This document shows, piece by piece, positions 30,579-39,471 of a DNA stretch of 61,166 nt. Location: contig WQYZ01000003.1 of the NCBI GenBank assembly GCA_009780985.1, forward strand, positions 1 through 61,166. Direction: 5' to 3'. The notes beneath the pieces are model-generated. The model was not told the origin of the DNA. It worked only from the letters and a program-made list of their open reading frames with translations, and did not search any database. The position numbers were made by a program, and so were the translations under genes. Each line of letters begins with the position of its first letter. The stretch's first letter is position 1. The stretch is from Oscillospiraceae bacterium. Its GTDB lineage: Bacteria; Bacillota; Clostridia; Oscillospirales; WRJC01.

Positions 30579-30971
30579 ATGTTGAGTAGTCATGTATTTG
30601 TTAGCGGGTACGGAAGTAATACTATGTTTTCTGTATCGGTAATGATTTTAATATTTTTTGTAATTTTTATAGGCATTTTTATATTTATAATTGTGCGGGG
30701 GCTTATAAGTTGGCATAAAAATAATACTTCGCCGATAATCTCTGTCGGCGCAAGTATTGTCGCAAAACGCATGAGAGTAAGCGGAGGAGCGGAGATGTCA
30801 AACCAAATGCACACTCCGCCGTCAACGATATACTATGTGACTTTTGAATTTTTATCTGGGAGCAGACAGGAATTTCATGTTCATGGAAAAGAATACGGAT
30901 TGCTTGCCGAGGGTGACAGCGGCATTTTGACGTTTCAGGGAACAAGATACATAAGTTTTGAAAGAAAGTAA
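30579..30971 (+). CDS. DUF2500-family membrane protein
   Basis: TM helix then WHKNNTSP, YYVTFEF, EYGLLAEGDSGILTFQGTRY. Confidence 0.8.
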   Translation: MLSSHVFVSGYGSNTMFSVSVMILIFFVIFIGIFIFIIVRGLISWHKNNTSPIISVGASIVAKRMRVSGGAEMSNQMHTPPSTIYYVTFEFLSGSRQEFHVHGKEYGLLAEGDSGILTFQGTRYISFERK

Positions 30972-31002
30972 AATATATAAAATAAAATCAGGTGAATAAA
31001 AA

Positions 31003-31857
31003 ATGCTGAAAGATTTGTTTAAAAAAGCGAAATATATCTCCGTCCCCATAGCCAAACGCGCTATAAACGAAATGGGTGACAGCGATAATATTCAGGACTT
31101 TATTGTGTGTTCAAAATGTGAAAAGAAGATTTCCGCCGAAAAATACGAAAGCCTCCAGAAAGTCTGCCCGTCATGCGGGTATCATACGAGACTGAGTGCG
31201 TTTGAGCGGATTGAATATACAATAGACGGCGAAAGTTTTGTCGAAAAATACAATAATATTCATACTGTAAATCCGATAGAGTTTGAAGGTTATCTCGAAA
31301 AAATAGAGAAATTACAGAGAATGACCGGTGTTGACGAAGCTGTTGTCACTGGATTCGGCAAAATCGACGGGATTGAAACGGGTATCGGCATAATGGACAG
31401 TTCATTTTTTATGGCGACTATGGGGTCTGTAGTCGGCGAAAAAATAACGCGCCTTTTTGAGGAAGCAATAGAAAAAAGACTGCCTGTCATTATATTTGCG
31501 GCGTCCGGCGGCGCGAGAATGCAGGAAGGGATAATCTCTCTAATGCAAATGGCAAAAGTGTCGGCGGCTGTGGGTAAACATTCGGACGCAGGATTATTGT
31601 ACGTCACAGTTATAACAGACCCGACAACCGGCGGTGTAACCGCGTCTTTCGCAAGTTTGGGCGATATAATATTGGCGGAACCCGGCGCGATTTACGGATT
31701 TACCGGACGGCGGGTTATAGAGGGTACAATCGGGTCAAAACTGCCGGACGATTTCCAGACAGCGGAATTTTTATTGGAGCACGGTTATATCGACAGTATT
31801 GTGCCGCGCAACGAGATGAAACAAATGCTGGCATTGCTGCTGAAAATGCACGTATGA
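31003..31857 (+). CDS. accD: Acetyl-CoA carboxylase carboxyltransferase beta
   Basis: CSKC...CPSC zinc finger, SGGARMQEG, PTTGGVTASFA. Confidence 0.96.
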   Translation: MLKDLFKKAKYISVPIAKRAINEMGDSDNIQDFIVCSKCEKKISAEKYESLQKVCPSCGYHTRLSAFERIEYTIDGESFVEKYNNIHTVNPIEFEGYLEKIEKLQRMTGVDEAVVTGFGKIDGIETGIGIMDSSFFMATMGSVVGEKITRLFEEAIEKRLPVIIFAASGGARMQEGIISLMQMAKVSAAVGKHSDAGLLYVTVITDPTTGGVTASFASLGDIILAEPGAIYGFTGRRVIEGTIGSKLPDDFQTAEFLLEHGYIDSIVPRNEMKQMLALLLKMHV

Positions 31858-31944
31858 TTTTTGCGTAAGTAATGCAGAAAATTTATATTTTGTGAGATTA
31901 GAATAATTCAACTATTGTTAGAAATCAATTCTAATATTACGTTA

Positions 31945-31973
31945 TTGAATCCTACAAATTTTCATGATATACT
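31945..31973 (+). promoter_or_regulatory. Internal sigma-A-like promoter of XRE-TPR gene
   Basis: TTGAAT-N17-TATACT with extended -10 TG. Confidence 0.5.
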
Positions 31974-32016
31974 AAACACAAACGAGCTTGTTAATAAAAT
32001 TTTTAGGGGGATATAC

Positions 32017-33102
32017 ATGAATATTTATATAAGCGAAAATATAAAACGTCTGCGACGAGAAAAAAATCTTACGCAGGAAGCACTTGCGGATTTTATCGGG
32101 ATTAGCTTTCAGGCTGTGTCAAAATGGGAGTGCGGCGACGCATACCCCGACATCACACTATTACCTACGCTTGCGAACTTTTTTGAAGTAACGCTTGATG
32201 AACTTGTGGGCATGAACGAAATAAAAAACGCGAAAAAACTTGATGAAATCAAAGAACAGTATAGAAAATTTAATACCAACAAGACACATAAAGAAGTTAG
32301 AGAATTATTGCGCGGCGGTCTTAAAATTTTCCCGAATGATTATTGGTTGCTTTCAGAACTTGCGTTTAATTTATCTTTTCAAGACAACGGCGAAACAGAT
32401 GAGGAATGTAATAAAAATAATGAAGAAGCTGTTAAGATTTCGGAGCGCATTCTTGAATTTTGCACCGATTCGGAAATCCGCAATAGAGTACAGGCTAATA
32501 TGTGTCTTAGTTTATGGAAAATGGGAGAAAAAGACAAAGCCGTTGAACTCGCGAAAAAGTTGCCGAAAATTAATGAAACGAGCGAACGCACATTAACTTT
32601 TATTCAGGACGATGGAAAAGAAAAAATAAAACTGCGTCAGGACAATGTTTTAACGTTTACAGCGGAATTAGAGGATAATATACGGGGTCTTGCACAAACC
32701 GACCATTATACAGACGATGAAAAGTTTAAATTATATCAAAAAGCCATAGATATTTACAAAATTATCTATGAAGAAAGAAATTATGACATAGGTCACGTAT
32801 ATTTGTGCGATATTTATATAAACATGGCGAAGATTTATATAAAACGTGATAATAAAAACGAAGCTGTGAAAAGTCTGGAAGAAGCGGCAAAAAATATAAT
32901 TGCTTATTTAAATCGTATCGACTCACCGCTTGAAATAGGCAAATCTTTGCTTATAAATTCTATCGGAAAAACAACAACCATGAAAGGAGTGAATCATGCA
33001 AGAGATACAAAAAATCGGATTGACGGAGAACCTTTTGAATCAATCAGAGAACGGGAAGAAATCAAAAACATATTGACTGAACTTGATAAATACGCAAATT
33101 AA
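32017..33102 (+). CDS. XRE-HTH regulator with C-terminal TPR-like helical domain
   Basis: IKRLRREKNLTQEALADFIGISFQAVSKWECG..PDI; helical repeats; AGGGGG RBS before ATG 32017. Confidence 0.85.
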   Translation: MNIYISENIKRLRREKNLTQEALADFIGISFQAVSKWECGDAYPDITLLPTLANFFEVTLDELVGMNEIKNAKKLDEIKEQYRKFNTNKTHKEVRELLRGGLKIFPNDYWLLSELAFNLSFQDNGETDEECNKNNEEAVKISERILEFCTDSEIRNRVQANMCLSLWKMGEKDKAVELAKKLPKINETSERTLTFIQDDGKEKIKLRQDNVLTFTAELEDNIRGLAQTDHYTDDEKFKLYQKAIDIYKIIYEERNYDIGHVYLCDIYINMAKIYIKRDNKNEAVKSLEEAAKNIIAYLNRIDSPLEIGKSLLINSIGKTTTMKGVNHARDTKNRIDGEPFESIREREEIKNILTELDKYAN

Positions 33103-33182
33103 TATGTTTATTTAATTGCACAAATTAAGCATTTTCTTCAGTCGCAAAATCAATAAAACATACTAAAAAAGGATAAATAATT

Positions 33183-34016
33183 ATGGCAAACGAAATACCT
33201 GAATTAACAAAAGACGAAATGATAATAAAAAGATATGAAATATCAATGCACAAAAACCGCCCGACAATACGCGACTATATCCCCAATATTTTCGACGATT
33301 TTATAGAGCTTCACGGAGACAGGGGATTTGCCGACGACAAGGCTATTTTATGCGGACTTGCGCATTTTAACGGAATCCCTGTGACTGTAATCGGACATGT
33401 CAAAGGCAGAAATACAAAAGAGAATATCGCCTCAAATTACGGTATGCCAAACCCGGAGGGATACAGGAAAGCGTTGCGCTTCATGAAACAGGCGGACAAG
33501 TTTCACCGTCCGATTATAACTTTTGTCGATACTCCCGGCGCGTACTGCGGGGTCGGCGCAGAAGAAAGAGGCGAGGGGGAAGCTATAGCAAAAAACCTCA
33601 TGGAGATGTCCCGTCTGAGAACTCCCGTTATCGCGGTAATAACCGGCGAGGGCAGAAGCGGCGGAGCTTTGGGAATCGCGCAGGCAAACTGCGTTTTAAT
33701 GCTCGAAAACGCGACATATTCGGTTATATCGGCAAAAGGGTTTGCCAGTTTGCTGTGGAAAGACCCGAAACGCGAAAAAGAAGCGATTATCAAACAGCGT
33801 ATGACTGCGGACGATTTGCTCGAACTCGGAGGAGTAATAGACGGGATAATTCCCGAACCGCCGGAGGGCGCGCACAAAGACCCTGTATTGACTGCGCTCA
33901 CGATTAAAACCGCTCTGGAAAATAAGTTAGGAGTTTTGTTGGATATGTCGCCGGATGAAATATATAACCAGAGGTATAAAAAATTCAGGGAAATCGGATT
34001 TTTCAGCGAGTTTTGA
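33183..34016 (+). CDS. accA: Acetyl-CoA carboxylase carboxyltransferase alpha
   Basis: ELHGDR..DD, PEGYRKALR, DTPGAY, AEERG, IPEPPEGAH. Confidence 0.95.
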   Translation: MANEIPELTKDEMIIKRYEISMHKNRPTIRDYIPNIFDDFIELHGDRGFADDKAILCGLAHFNGIPVTVIGHVKGRNTKENIASNYGMPNPEGYRKALRFMKQADKFHRPIITFVDTPGAYCGVGAEERGEGEAIAKNLMEMSRLRTPVIAVITGEGRSGGALGIAQANCVLMLENATYSVISAKGFASLLWKDPKREKEAIIKQRMTADDLLELGGVIDGIIPEPPEGAHKDPVLTALTIKTALENKLGVLLDMSPDEIYNQRYKKFREIGFFSEF

Positions 34017-34144
34017 TTAATGCTGATTAACAAAATGTAAATTTATCGCTGAAAATATTTACTTTTGCAGATATTTTATGTATTATTAAATATATAAAAT
34101 TATATAATAATTTTAATAAACTATAAATTTTGGAGGATTCTGTC

Positions 34145-34372
34145 ATGATAGAACAAATAAGCAAAATAATAGCCGAACAGCTTTGTATAGACGTAAGCGA
34201 AGTAAAACCGGAATCGCACATAATGGAAGATTTGAACGCTGATTCTCTTGCCGTTGTGGAGATTTTAATGGCAATCGAAGAACAGTTCGGCATTAAAGTC
34301 CCCGACGAGGAAGTCCCGTCGCTGAAAACAGTTAAAGATATATCAGACTATGTGGAAAGTCATTCGGTGTAA
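34145..34372 (+). CDS. acpP: Acyl carrier protein
   Basis: EDLNADSL phosphopantetheine Ser motif, acidic 75 aa, GGAGG RBS. Confidence 0.92.
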   Translation: MIEQISKIIAEQLCIDVSEVKPESHIMEDLNADSLAVVEILMAIEEQFGIKVPDEEVPSLKTVKDISDYVESHSV

Positions 34373-34394
34373 TTAATATTTTTTGTAAACATAA

Positions 34395-34422
34395 AACAGC
34401 AGGAGTATTTGCTCCCGCTGTT
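34395..34422. terminator. Terminator between acpP and convergent SBP gene
   Basis: AACAGCAGGAG-N6-CTCCCGCTGTT followed by T tract. Confidence 0.6.
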
Positions 34423-34443
34423 ATTTTTATTATATTTTAATAA

Positions 34444-36000
34444 TTATTGTTGAATCTGGTCGAATTGAGCGATAGTTTTCTCCATAGCCGTAGTTATTTT
34501 CGCTTCGTTTTTGTCCCAGTACGACGCCATTGTATTTGTGCCTTTGTTTAACGAGTTGAAGAAATCGGTGACATTGCCCCAGTTGTAAACCTGAGCTATA
34601 TCATATAATCTGCTGGCAAAAATGAGGTCGAGCATTTCCTGCGATTCATTGTCGCGCGCAAATTTTGTTTTCAGCGATATATCGTAATATGCCGGAAGAA
34701 GAGTATATTGGCTTTCCGCAGTCAGGGCTTCGAGTATTATTCCGGTCCGGTCTTTATCCGTCACAGTGACGGGAATGGCGACGCTGCTTGTGCATCCCAC
34801 TTCGACGCTCGGATAATATCCGTCCTGCTGTTCATCGTATTTCGGCGGCGGAATTATCCCGAAATCAGTCGCCATATCGCGCAGAAGAGTTACCCTGTTC
34901 ATTCCCGCGTAATAAAACATTGCTCTGTTTGTGTTGAATACGACAAGCTGCATGCCGTCCCATACTGTATCGTTGGGATATTTTGACGCATAATCGTCGG
35001 CGTTTATCGTTATCTGTTTATCGGACTGTAACTGAAGTATTTTATCGCATATATCAACTGCGCGCTGGCTGAACATAGTAAGTTCGGGCTCGCCTGTCGA
35101 TTGATTGACTTTTGCTATATACTCCCCCGCTCCGTTGTAGAACGCCATCGCGTTTCTGTACTGGCTGACAAGCCCCCACTGATCTGTCTGGTCCATTACT
35201 CCGTCGCCGTTCAGGTCTTTTGCGACGGCTTTTATCATGTCGAGCATTTTACCCATAGTCCATGTGCCGTCTTTGACTAACTGATACGGGTCGTCAAGAT
35301 TATAGTCTTTCTGAACCTGTTTGTTGAACATAAGTATCCATGTCGCGTCCTTATCGGTTATAAGATAATTGCTGACTGTCGCGAACAATCTGCCGTCCAT
35401 TGTCAACTGTTCGGCGGCTTTCTGGTCCCACCACGGCTTGGTTAAATCAAGATACGGGAACGTTTTAAGGTCATATAAATATCCTCCGGTCATAAGCGTA
35501 GTTATTTGTGATAAACCATGGCACATGAGGTCAAACGCGTCGTCCCCGGCTTTTATGGATTTTGACGCTCTCGGTGTCAAATCCCCGTTTTCGGGAAGAT
35601 TCACGATTTTTATGTTGTATTTGTCTTCTATTGTCTTATTTCTCAGATAAACCGCGTCGTTTATAGGGTCTCCGTTTTCCTGTTCGGCATATATATCTTT
35701 TGCGTACCAGTGAACATTATACGACGGTCCCCTGCTTAAAATCCTGAACTCATATCCGTTGTAATCTTCCTGTGGCAACCCGGGGTCAATGCGGGCGACT
35801 GTTGTCGTCTGGTCGGATACTGTACTGTCAATGTTTGTCTCTCCTGAATTTGCGGTTGTTGTGTTTTCGGTATTGTCCGCATTTTTCGCGTCGCTATTGC
35901 TTTTCGCGCAACCCGAACTTATCCACGCGGAAAATATAATAATACACGCCAATAACAGAAATAATAAAATTGTATTGAGCTTTTTTATTTTTTTAACCAT
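34444..36000 (-). CDS. Extracellular solute-binding lipoprotein (sugar ABC-type), no adjacent permease
   Basis: Lipobox SSGC, LDLTKPWWD, DLNGDG, FGIIPPPKYDE, YYDISLK..ARD. Confidence 0.8.
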   Translation of the reverse strand: MVKKIKKLNTILLFLLLACIIIFSAWISSGCAKSNSDAKNADNTENTTTANSGETNIDSTVSDQTTTVARIDPGLPQEDYNGYEFRILSRGPSYNVHWYAKDIYAEQENGDPINDAVYLRNKTIEDKYNIKIVNLPENGDLTPRASKSIKAGDDAFDLMCHGLSQITTLMTGGYLYDLKTFPYLDLTKPWWDQKAAEQLTMDGRLFATVSNYLITDKDATWILMFNKQVQKDYNLDDPYQLVKDGTWTMGKMLDMIKAVAKDLNGDGVMDQTDQWGLVSQYRNAMAFYNGAGEYIAKVNQSTGEPELTMFSQRAVDICDKILQLQSDKQITINADDYASKYPNDTVWDGMQLVVFNTNRAMFYYAGMNRVTLLRDMATDFGIIPPPKYDEQQDGYYPSVEVGCTSSVAIPVTVTDKDRTGIILEALTAESQYTLLPAYYDISLKTKFARDNESQEMLDLIFASRLYDIAQVYNWGNVTDFFNSLNKGTNTMASYWDKNEAKITTAMEKTIAQFDQIQQ

Positions 36001-36058
36001 TTTAATTTCGCCTCCTATATAAAATAATTTTATATTTATACTTACATGAAAAAAATGA

Positions 36059-36535
36059 TTATTCGGTACGTTTAGAATATAAAAAATTATCTATTTCGTC
36101 CGCACGCTCAAATCGCCCAAGTTTTCTATAGGCTGAACTTTCATAGGAAAGATTCAATACAGGTAATTTCATATTTTTATAAACTATTTGTTCTATAAAC
36201 GGGCGTAAGTCAATTATATCTTCCCAAATATCATTGCATTTCTTTTGAATATCTCCCATTACTTCAATTTCCACTCCATTGATTGCAAAATATCCGATAT
36301 GTGACCGTACTTTTTCTATTGCTGAAAATAAAACAGGTCTTACAACATAATTCTTTAATAACTCATTAATCTCATATGCTCCCGCTTTATTTGTTTGAAT
36401 ATCAATATCGCGGGGGGTTAATTTCATCCCCTGAATTGTAAACGATGTACTTCCAGTTAGTACCCAAATTATTTCTCGCTGATTTAAATAATTGTATATA
36501 GTAACCAAAGCCGAATCTTGATTTAAACTTAACAT
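36059..36535 (-). CDS. Nucleotidyltransferase-fold protein
   Basis: WVLTGS...QG...DIDI motif; promoter TTGACG-N17-TATACT at 36600-36628 argues for ATG 36535. Confidence 0.7.
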   Translation of the reverse strand: MLSLNQDSALVTIYNYLNQREIIWVLTGSTSFTIQGMKLTPRDIDIQTNKAGAYEINELLKNYVVRPVLFSAIEKVRSHIGYFAINGVEIEVMGDIQKKCNDIWEDIIDLRPFIEQIVYKNMKLPVLNLSYESSAYRKLGRFERADEIDNFLYSKRTE

Positions 36536-36673
36536 CTTGCTATCTCCGAATATAAACTTTCCACGTTTAAATAATAATTTAAAACTATTTAATAATATAA
36601 GTATAACATATCGCTTATAATTCGTCAATGAAATAATCATTATTTTTCAAAAATTTATAAATATAAAATAAAA

Positions 36674-36707
36674 AAATATGCCATGTATTTTATTACACGG
36701 CATATTT
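36674..36707 (-). terminator. Terminator downstream of PBP gene
   Basis: AAATATGCC...GGCATATTT hairpin with A tract on + strand. Confidence 0.55.
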
Positions 36708-36722
36708 CTTTCAATTAAAGCA

Positions 36723-38396
36723 TTAATACAAAAACAGTCCCAAGTAATCGCATATCTCTTTAAATATCGCGGCAGATTGTACGTTTTCCGTTACGCCGCC
36801 TTCCGCAATCACGGCAATTGAGTATAACGCCCCGTTAGCGTCAGTGTTTGCAGGATAATATCCGGCAAACCAGCTGTGCACTATCTGCTGCGTCGTGACT
36901 GTTCCGTCGTCTCCAACAACCTGCTCGTACTGCCCTGATTCCGCGCTCGACGTCTTGCCTCCTGCAACTCCGTATTCCGGCTGAGCCGGCGACCCTGTTC
37001 CGTGGTCGACACACGCTTTTGTCATTTCAAGCAGATATTCGACCGTCTGGTCGCTTAAGACTTTTTCAGATTCGGCGTTCTGTACGTTTACCGTTTCATT
37101 TTCGAAATCTAAGGATTTCACGATAGATAGTTCCGGCATAATTCCGTTGTTTGCTATACAGCAGAAAATCCTCGAAATTTCGAGCGGGGTTACCAACAGT
37201 TCGCCCTGCCCTATAGCAGTGTTTGCAATCATAGCGGGCGGCGGGTCGTCGACTTGCGGGATATTCCCGTGCTGAACAGACAGTCCGTCCAAATCGGTCA
37301 TTTCGCCTATGCCGAGTTTTTTTGCCATGGCGTATATTTTATCGTAGCCTATATGCAAGGCGAGGTTCATAAAATAAGTGTTGCAGCTGTGCGCATACGC
37401 CTCGCACATATCCATTTCCCCGTGTCCCCAGCCGCCGCGGCATGTAAAAGTTTTGCCGTCAACGTCAATATATCCTGTGCAGTCATAAGTATAATTATAA
37501 TAATTCTCATCTTCTTCAAGAGCCGCCGCCGCAACTACCGTTTTAAATATAGAACCGGGAGTAAACGTGCTGAAAGCCCTGTTTATAAATTCCCCGTTTG
37601 TGCTGTTTATATAATCGGCTAAATTATCCGGCGAATATGTCGGACGGCTGACGCTTGCGAGTATTTCACCGGTAGATACGGACGTCACGACAATCGCGCC
37701 TTTTTTCATATATTTAGCGGCTATTTCCTCAACCTTTTTCTGCAAATCCAAATCTATAGTCAGGGATATGCCGGTTTGCGCATTATATCCGTAATCTATT
37801 GTCCTGATAGGAGAACCTTTCAAACTCTTTTCCAACGCGTCGGAATCATATACAGCCTCTATTTTTGAACCTGTTTTAGTCAGAAAATCGTTATACGCCG
37901 CTTCAATTCCGGTTACGCCGTTTCCTGTTTTGTCGACGTAACCCACAATATGCAGAGCCGGGAAACTCTCCCCGTCGTTTCTTTTGTATGTTCTGTAGGA
38001 TTGCATGTATGCGTTGTTAATATTTTCGTTTATGCGGATTACAAACGGCTTTCCCTGCGTTATTTCATTTAATACATCATCCTGTTTTAAACCGCTGACT
38101 TGCGCGATACTTTTTGCCGCGTCGTCATATGTTTCCGTACTCAAATCTATTTTTGACGGGTCAACGAGACAGTTGTACGCATCCGGAAAACCGGCGACTA
38201 TATTGCCGTTTCGGTCAAATATGAATCCCCTGCGTTGAACCACGTCTAATTTTCTCGTATATTGATCCGCAAGAGCCGGCATAACTTCTTTATAATCGCT
38301 TGTGGACACGGTATATAACTTAAAAAATATAAAACCTGTTATAATTATAATAACAACATATAAACCGACTGTTTTTCTTTCGTTAATTGACAGCAT
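36723..38396 (-). CDS. Class B penicillin-binding protein (transpeptidase)
   Basis: N-terminal TM, RGFIFDRNG, PGSIFK (SxxK), HSCN (SxN), GKTSS (KTG-like). Confidence 0.9.
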   Translation of the reverse strand: MLSINERKTVGLYVVIIIITGFIFFKLYTVSTSDYKEVMPALADQYTRKLDVVQRRGFIFDRNGNIVAGFPDAYNCLVDPSKIDLSTETYDDAAKSIAQVSGLKQDDVLNEITQGKPFVIRINENINNAYMQSYRTYKRNDGESFPALHIVGYVDKTGNGVTGIEAAYNDFLTKTGSKIEAVYDSDALEKSLKGSPIRTIDYGYNAQTGISLTIDLDLQKKVEEIAAKYMKKGAIVVTSVSTGEILASVSRPTYSPDNLADYINSTNGEFINRAFSTFTPGSIFKTVVAAAALEEDENYYNYTYDCTGYIDVDGKTFTCRGGWGHGEMDMCEAYAHSCNTYFMNLALHIGYDKIYAMAKKLGIGEMTDLDGLSVQHGNIPQVDDPPPAMIANTAIGQGELLVTPLEISRIFCCIANNGIMPELSIVKSLDFENETVNVQNAESEKVLSDQTVEYLLEMTKACVDHGTGSPAQPEYGVAGGKTSSAESGQYEQVVGDDGTVTTQQIVHSWFAGYYPANTDANGALYSIAVIAEGGVTENVQSAAIFKEICDYLGLFLY

Positions 38397-38482
38397 TGAA
38401 ATTTAATCTCCTATAGAAATATAATATTTATATTTTTATTATGGATTTATTTCCCATACTTTATTCTGTGAAAATATATAAA

Positions 38483-38503
38483 AAAGCAATTAATCATTGC
38501 TTT
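38483..38503. promoter_or_regulatory. Candidate operator palindrome between PBP and XRE genes
   Basis: AAAGCAAT-taatc-ATTGCTTT. Confidence 0.4.
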
Positions 38504-38583
38504 ATTTTAGATATTTTTTAGTGTATAATATTAAGCAAACAAATATAAAAAATATAAATTAAATAAATTCGAGGTGTAATCAT

Positions 38584-39273
38584 ATGTTTAACATAAGAAA
38601 ATTCGGGGCATATATATCAAAACTGCGTAAACATGCGGATATGACGCAGTCTGTTCTGGGAGAAAAATTAAACGTCACGAGACAGGCTGTGTCAAGATAC
38701 GAAAACGGCGACAGTTTCCCGGATATATCTATATTGGTTCTGCTTTCAGAAATTTTTAACGTTTCTGTCGACGATTTAATAAAAGCCGGAGAACCCACAA
38801 AAGCCGAGGCAATTTTATTGCAAAGCGATATAAAACAATCTGAAATTCCTCAAGAAATATTTAAAGAAAAAACAATAACTGACGATATATTAAATATAGC
38901 CTCTCTGTTAAAACCCAGCTTGTTGGACAAAATAGCAAAAGGATTCGAAAAACACGATATAGATATATCAAAACTTACAAATCTTGCCGAATATCTGTCG
39001 GATGAAACTTTTGTTTCCATGCTCGAAAACTCCTCTTTTGAAACGCTCGACAAAAATATTTTAGAAAAATTTGTACCGTTTTTAGACGATAATTCGAGGG
39101 GCAACATATTTAAGCAGGTTATCGACGGAGAGCTTGATTATAACTTTTTGGAATTGCTCGCGCCTTATGTAGACCCGTATTATTTTTCCACGCAGGTTGA
39201 AGCCGCGGTCGTTTACGGCGTTCTGCCGGCTGAGGCTTTAAAAACATTGGAGAAATTACATTGGCCTGCATAG
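38584..39273 (+). CDS. XRE-family transcriptional regulator
   Basis: ISKLRKHADMTQSVLGEKLNVTRQAVSRYENGDSFPDI. Confidence 0.85.
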   Translation: MFNIRKFGAYISKLRKHADMTQSVLGEKLNVTRQAVSRYENGDSFPDISILVLLSEIFNVSVDDLIKAGEPTKAEAILLQSDIKQSEIPQEIFKEKTITDDILNIASLLKPSLLDKIAKGFEKHDIDISKLTNLAEYLSDETFVSMLENSSFETLDKNILEKFVPFLDDNSRGNIFKQVIDGELDYNFLELLAPYVDPYYFSTQVEAAVVYGVLPAEALKTLEKLHWPA

Positions 39274-39471
39274 TGAAAAACATGTGTAAAAAAATTAACA
39301 TTTTAATTTGTTAAATTTTCAAAAAAGACTTGTATTTATAAAAAATTTATGATATTATATGAAACAGTATTTTATTAAGGTAATTTTAAGGCAAATAATA
39401 GAACCACAGGAAAAAAATAAAAAAGGAAAGTAAAAAATCGTTGTATTTATAAAACGGAGGATGTATTAGAA

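Noticed and set aside
22388-34372. fab/acc cluster as a type II PKS or secondary-metabolite cluster
   Set aside because: One copy of each FAS II gene, no chain-length factor, cyclase or tailoring set
20182-36535. APH-like kinases and nucleotidyltransferase as antibiotic-resistance genes
   Set aside because: Only fold-level motifs are visible; no specific resistance family can be assigned from sequence alone
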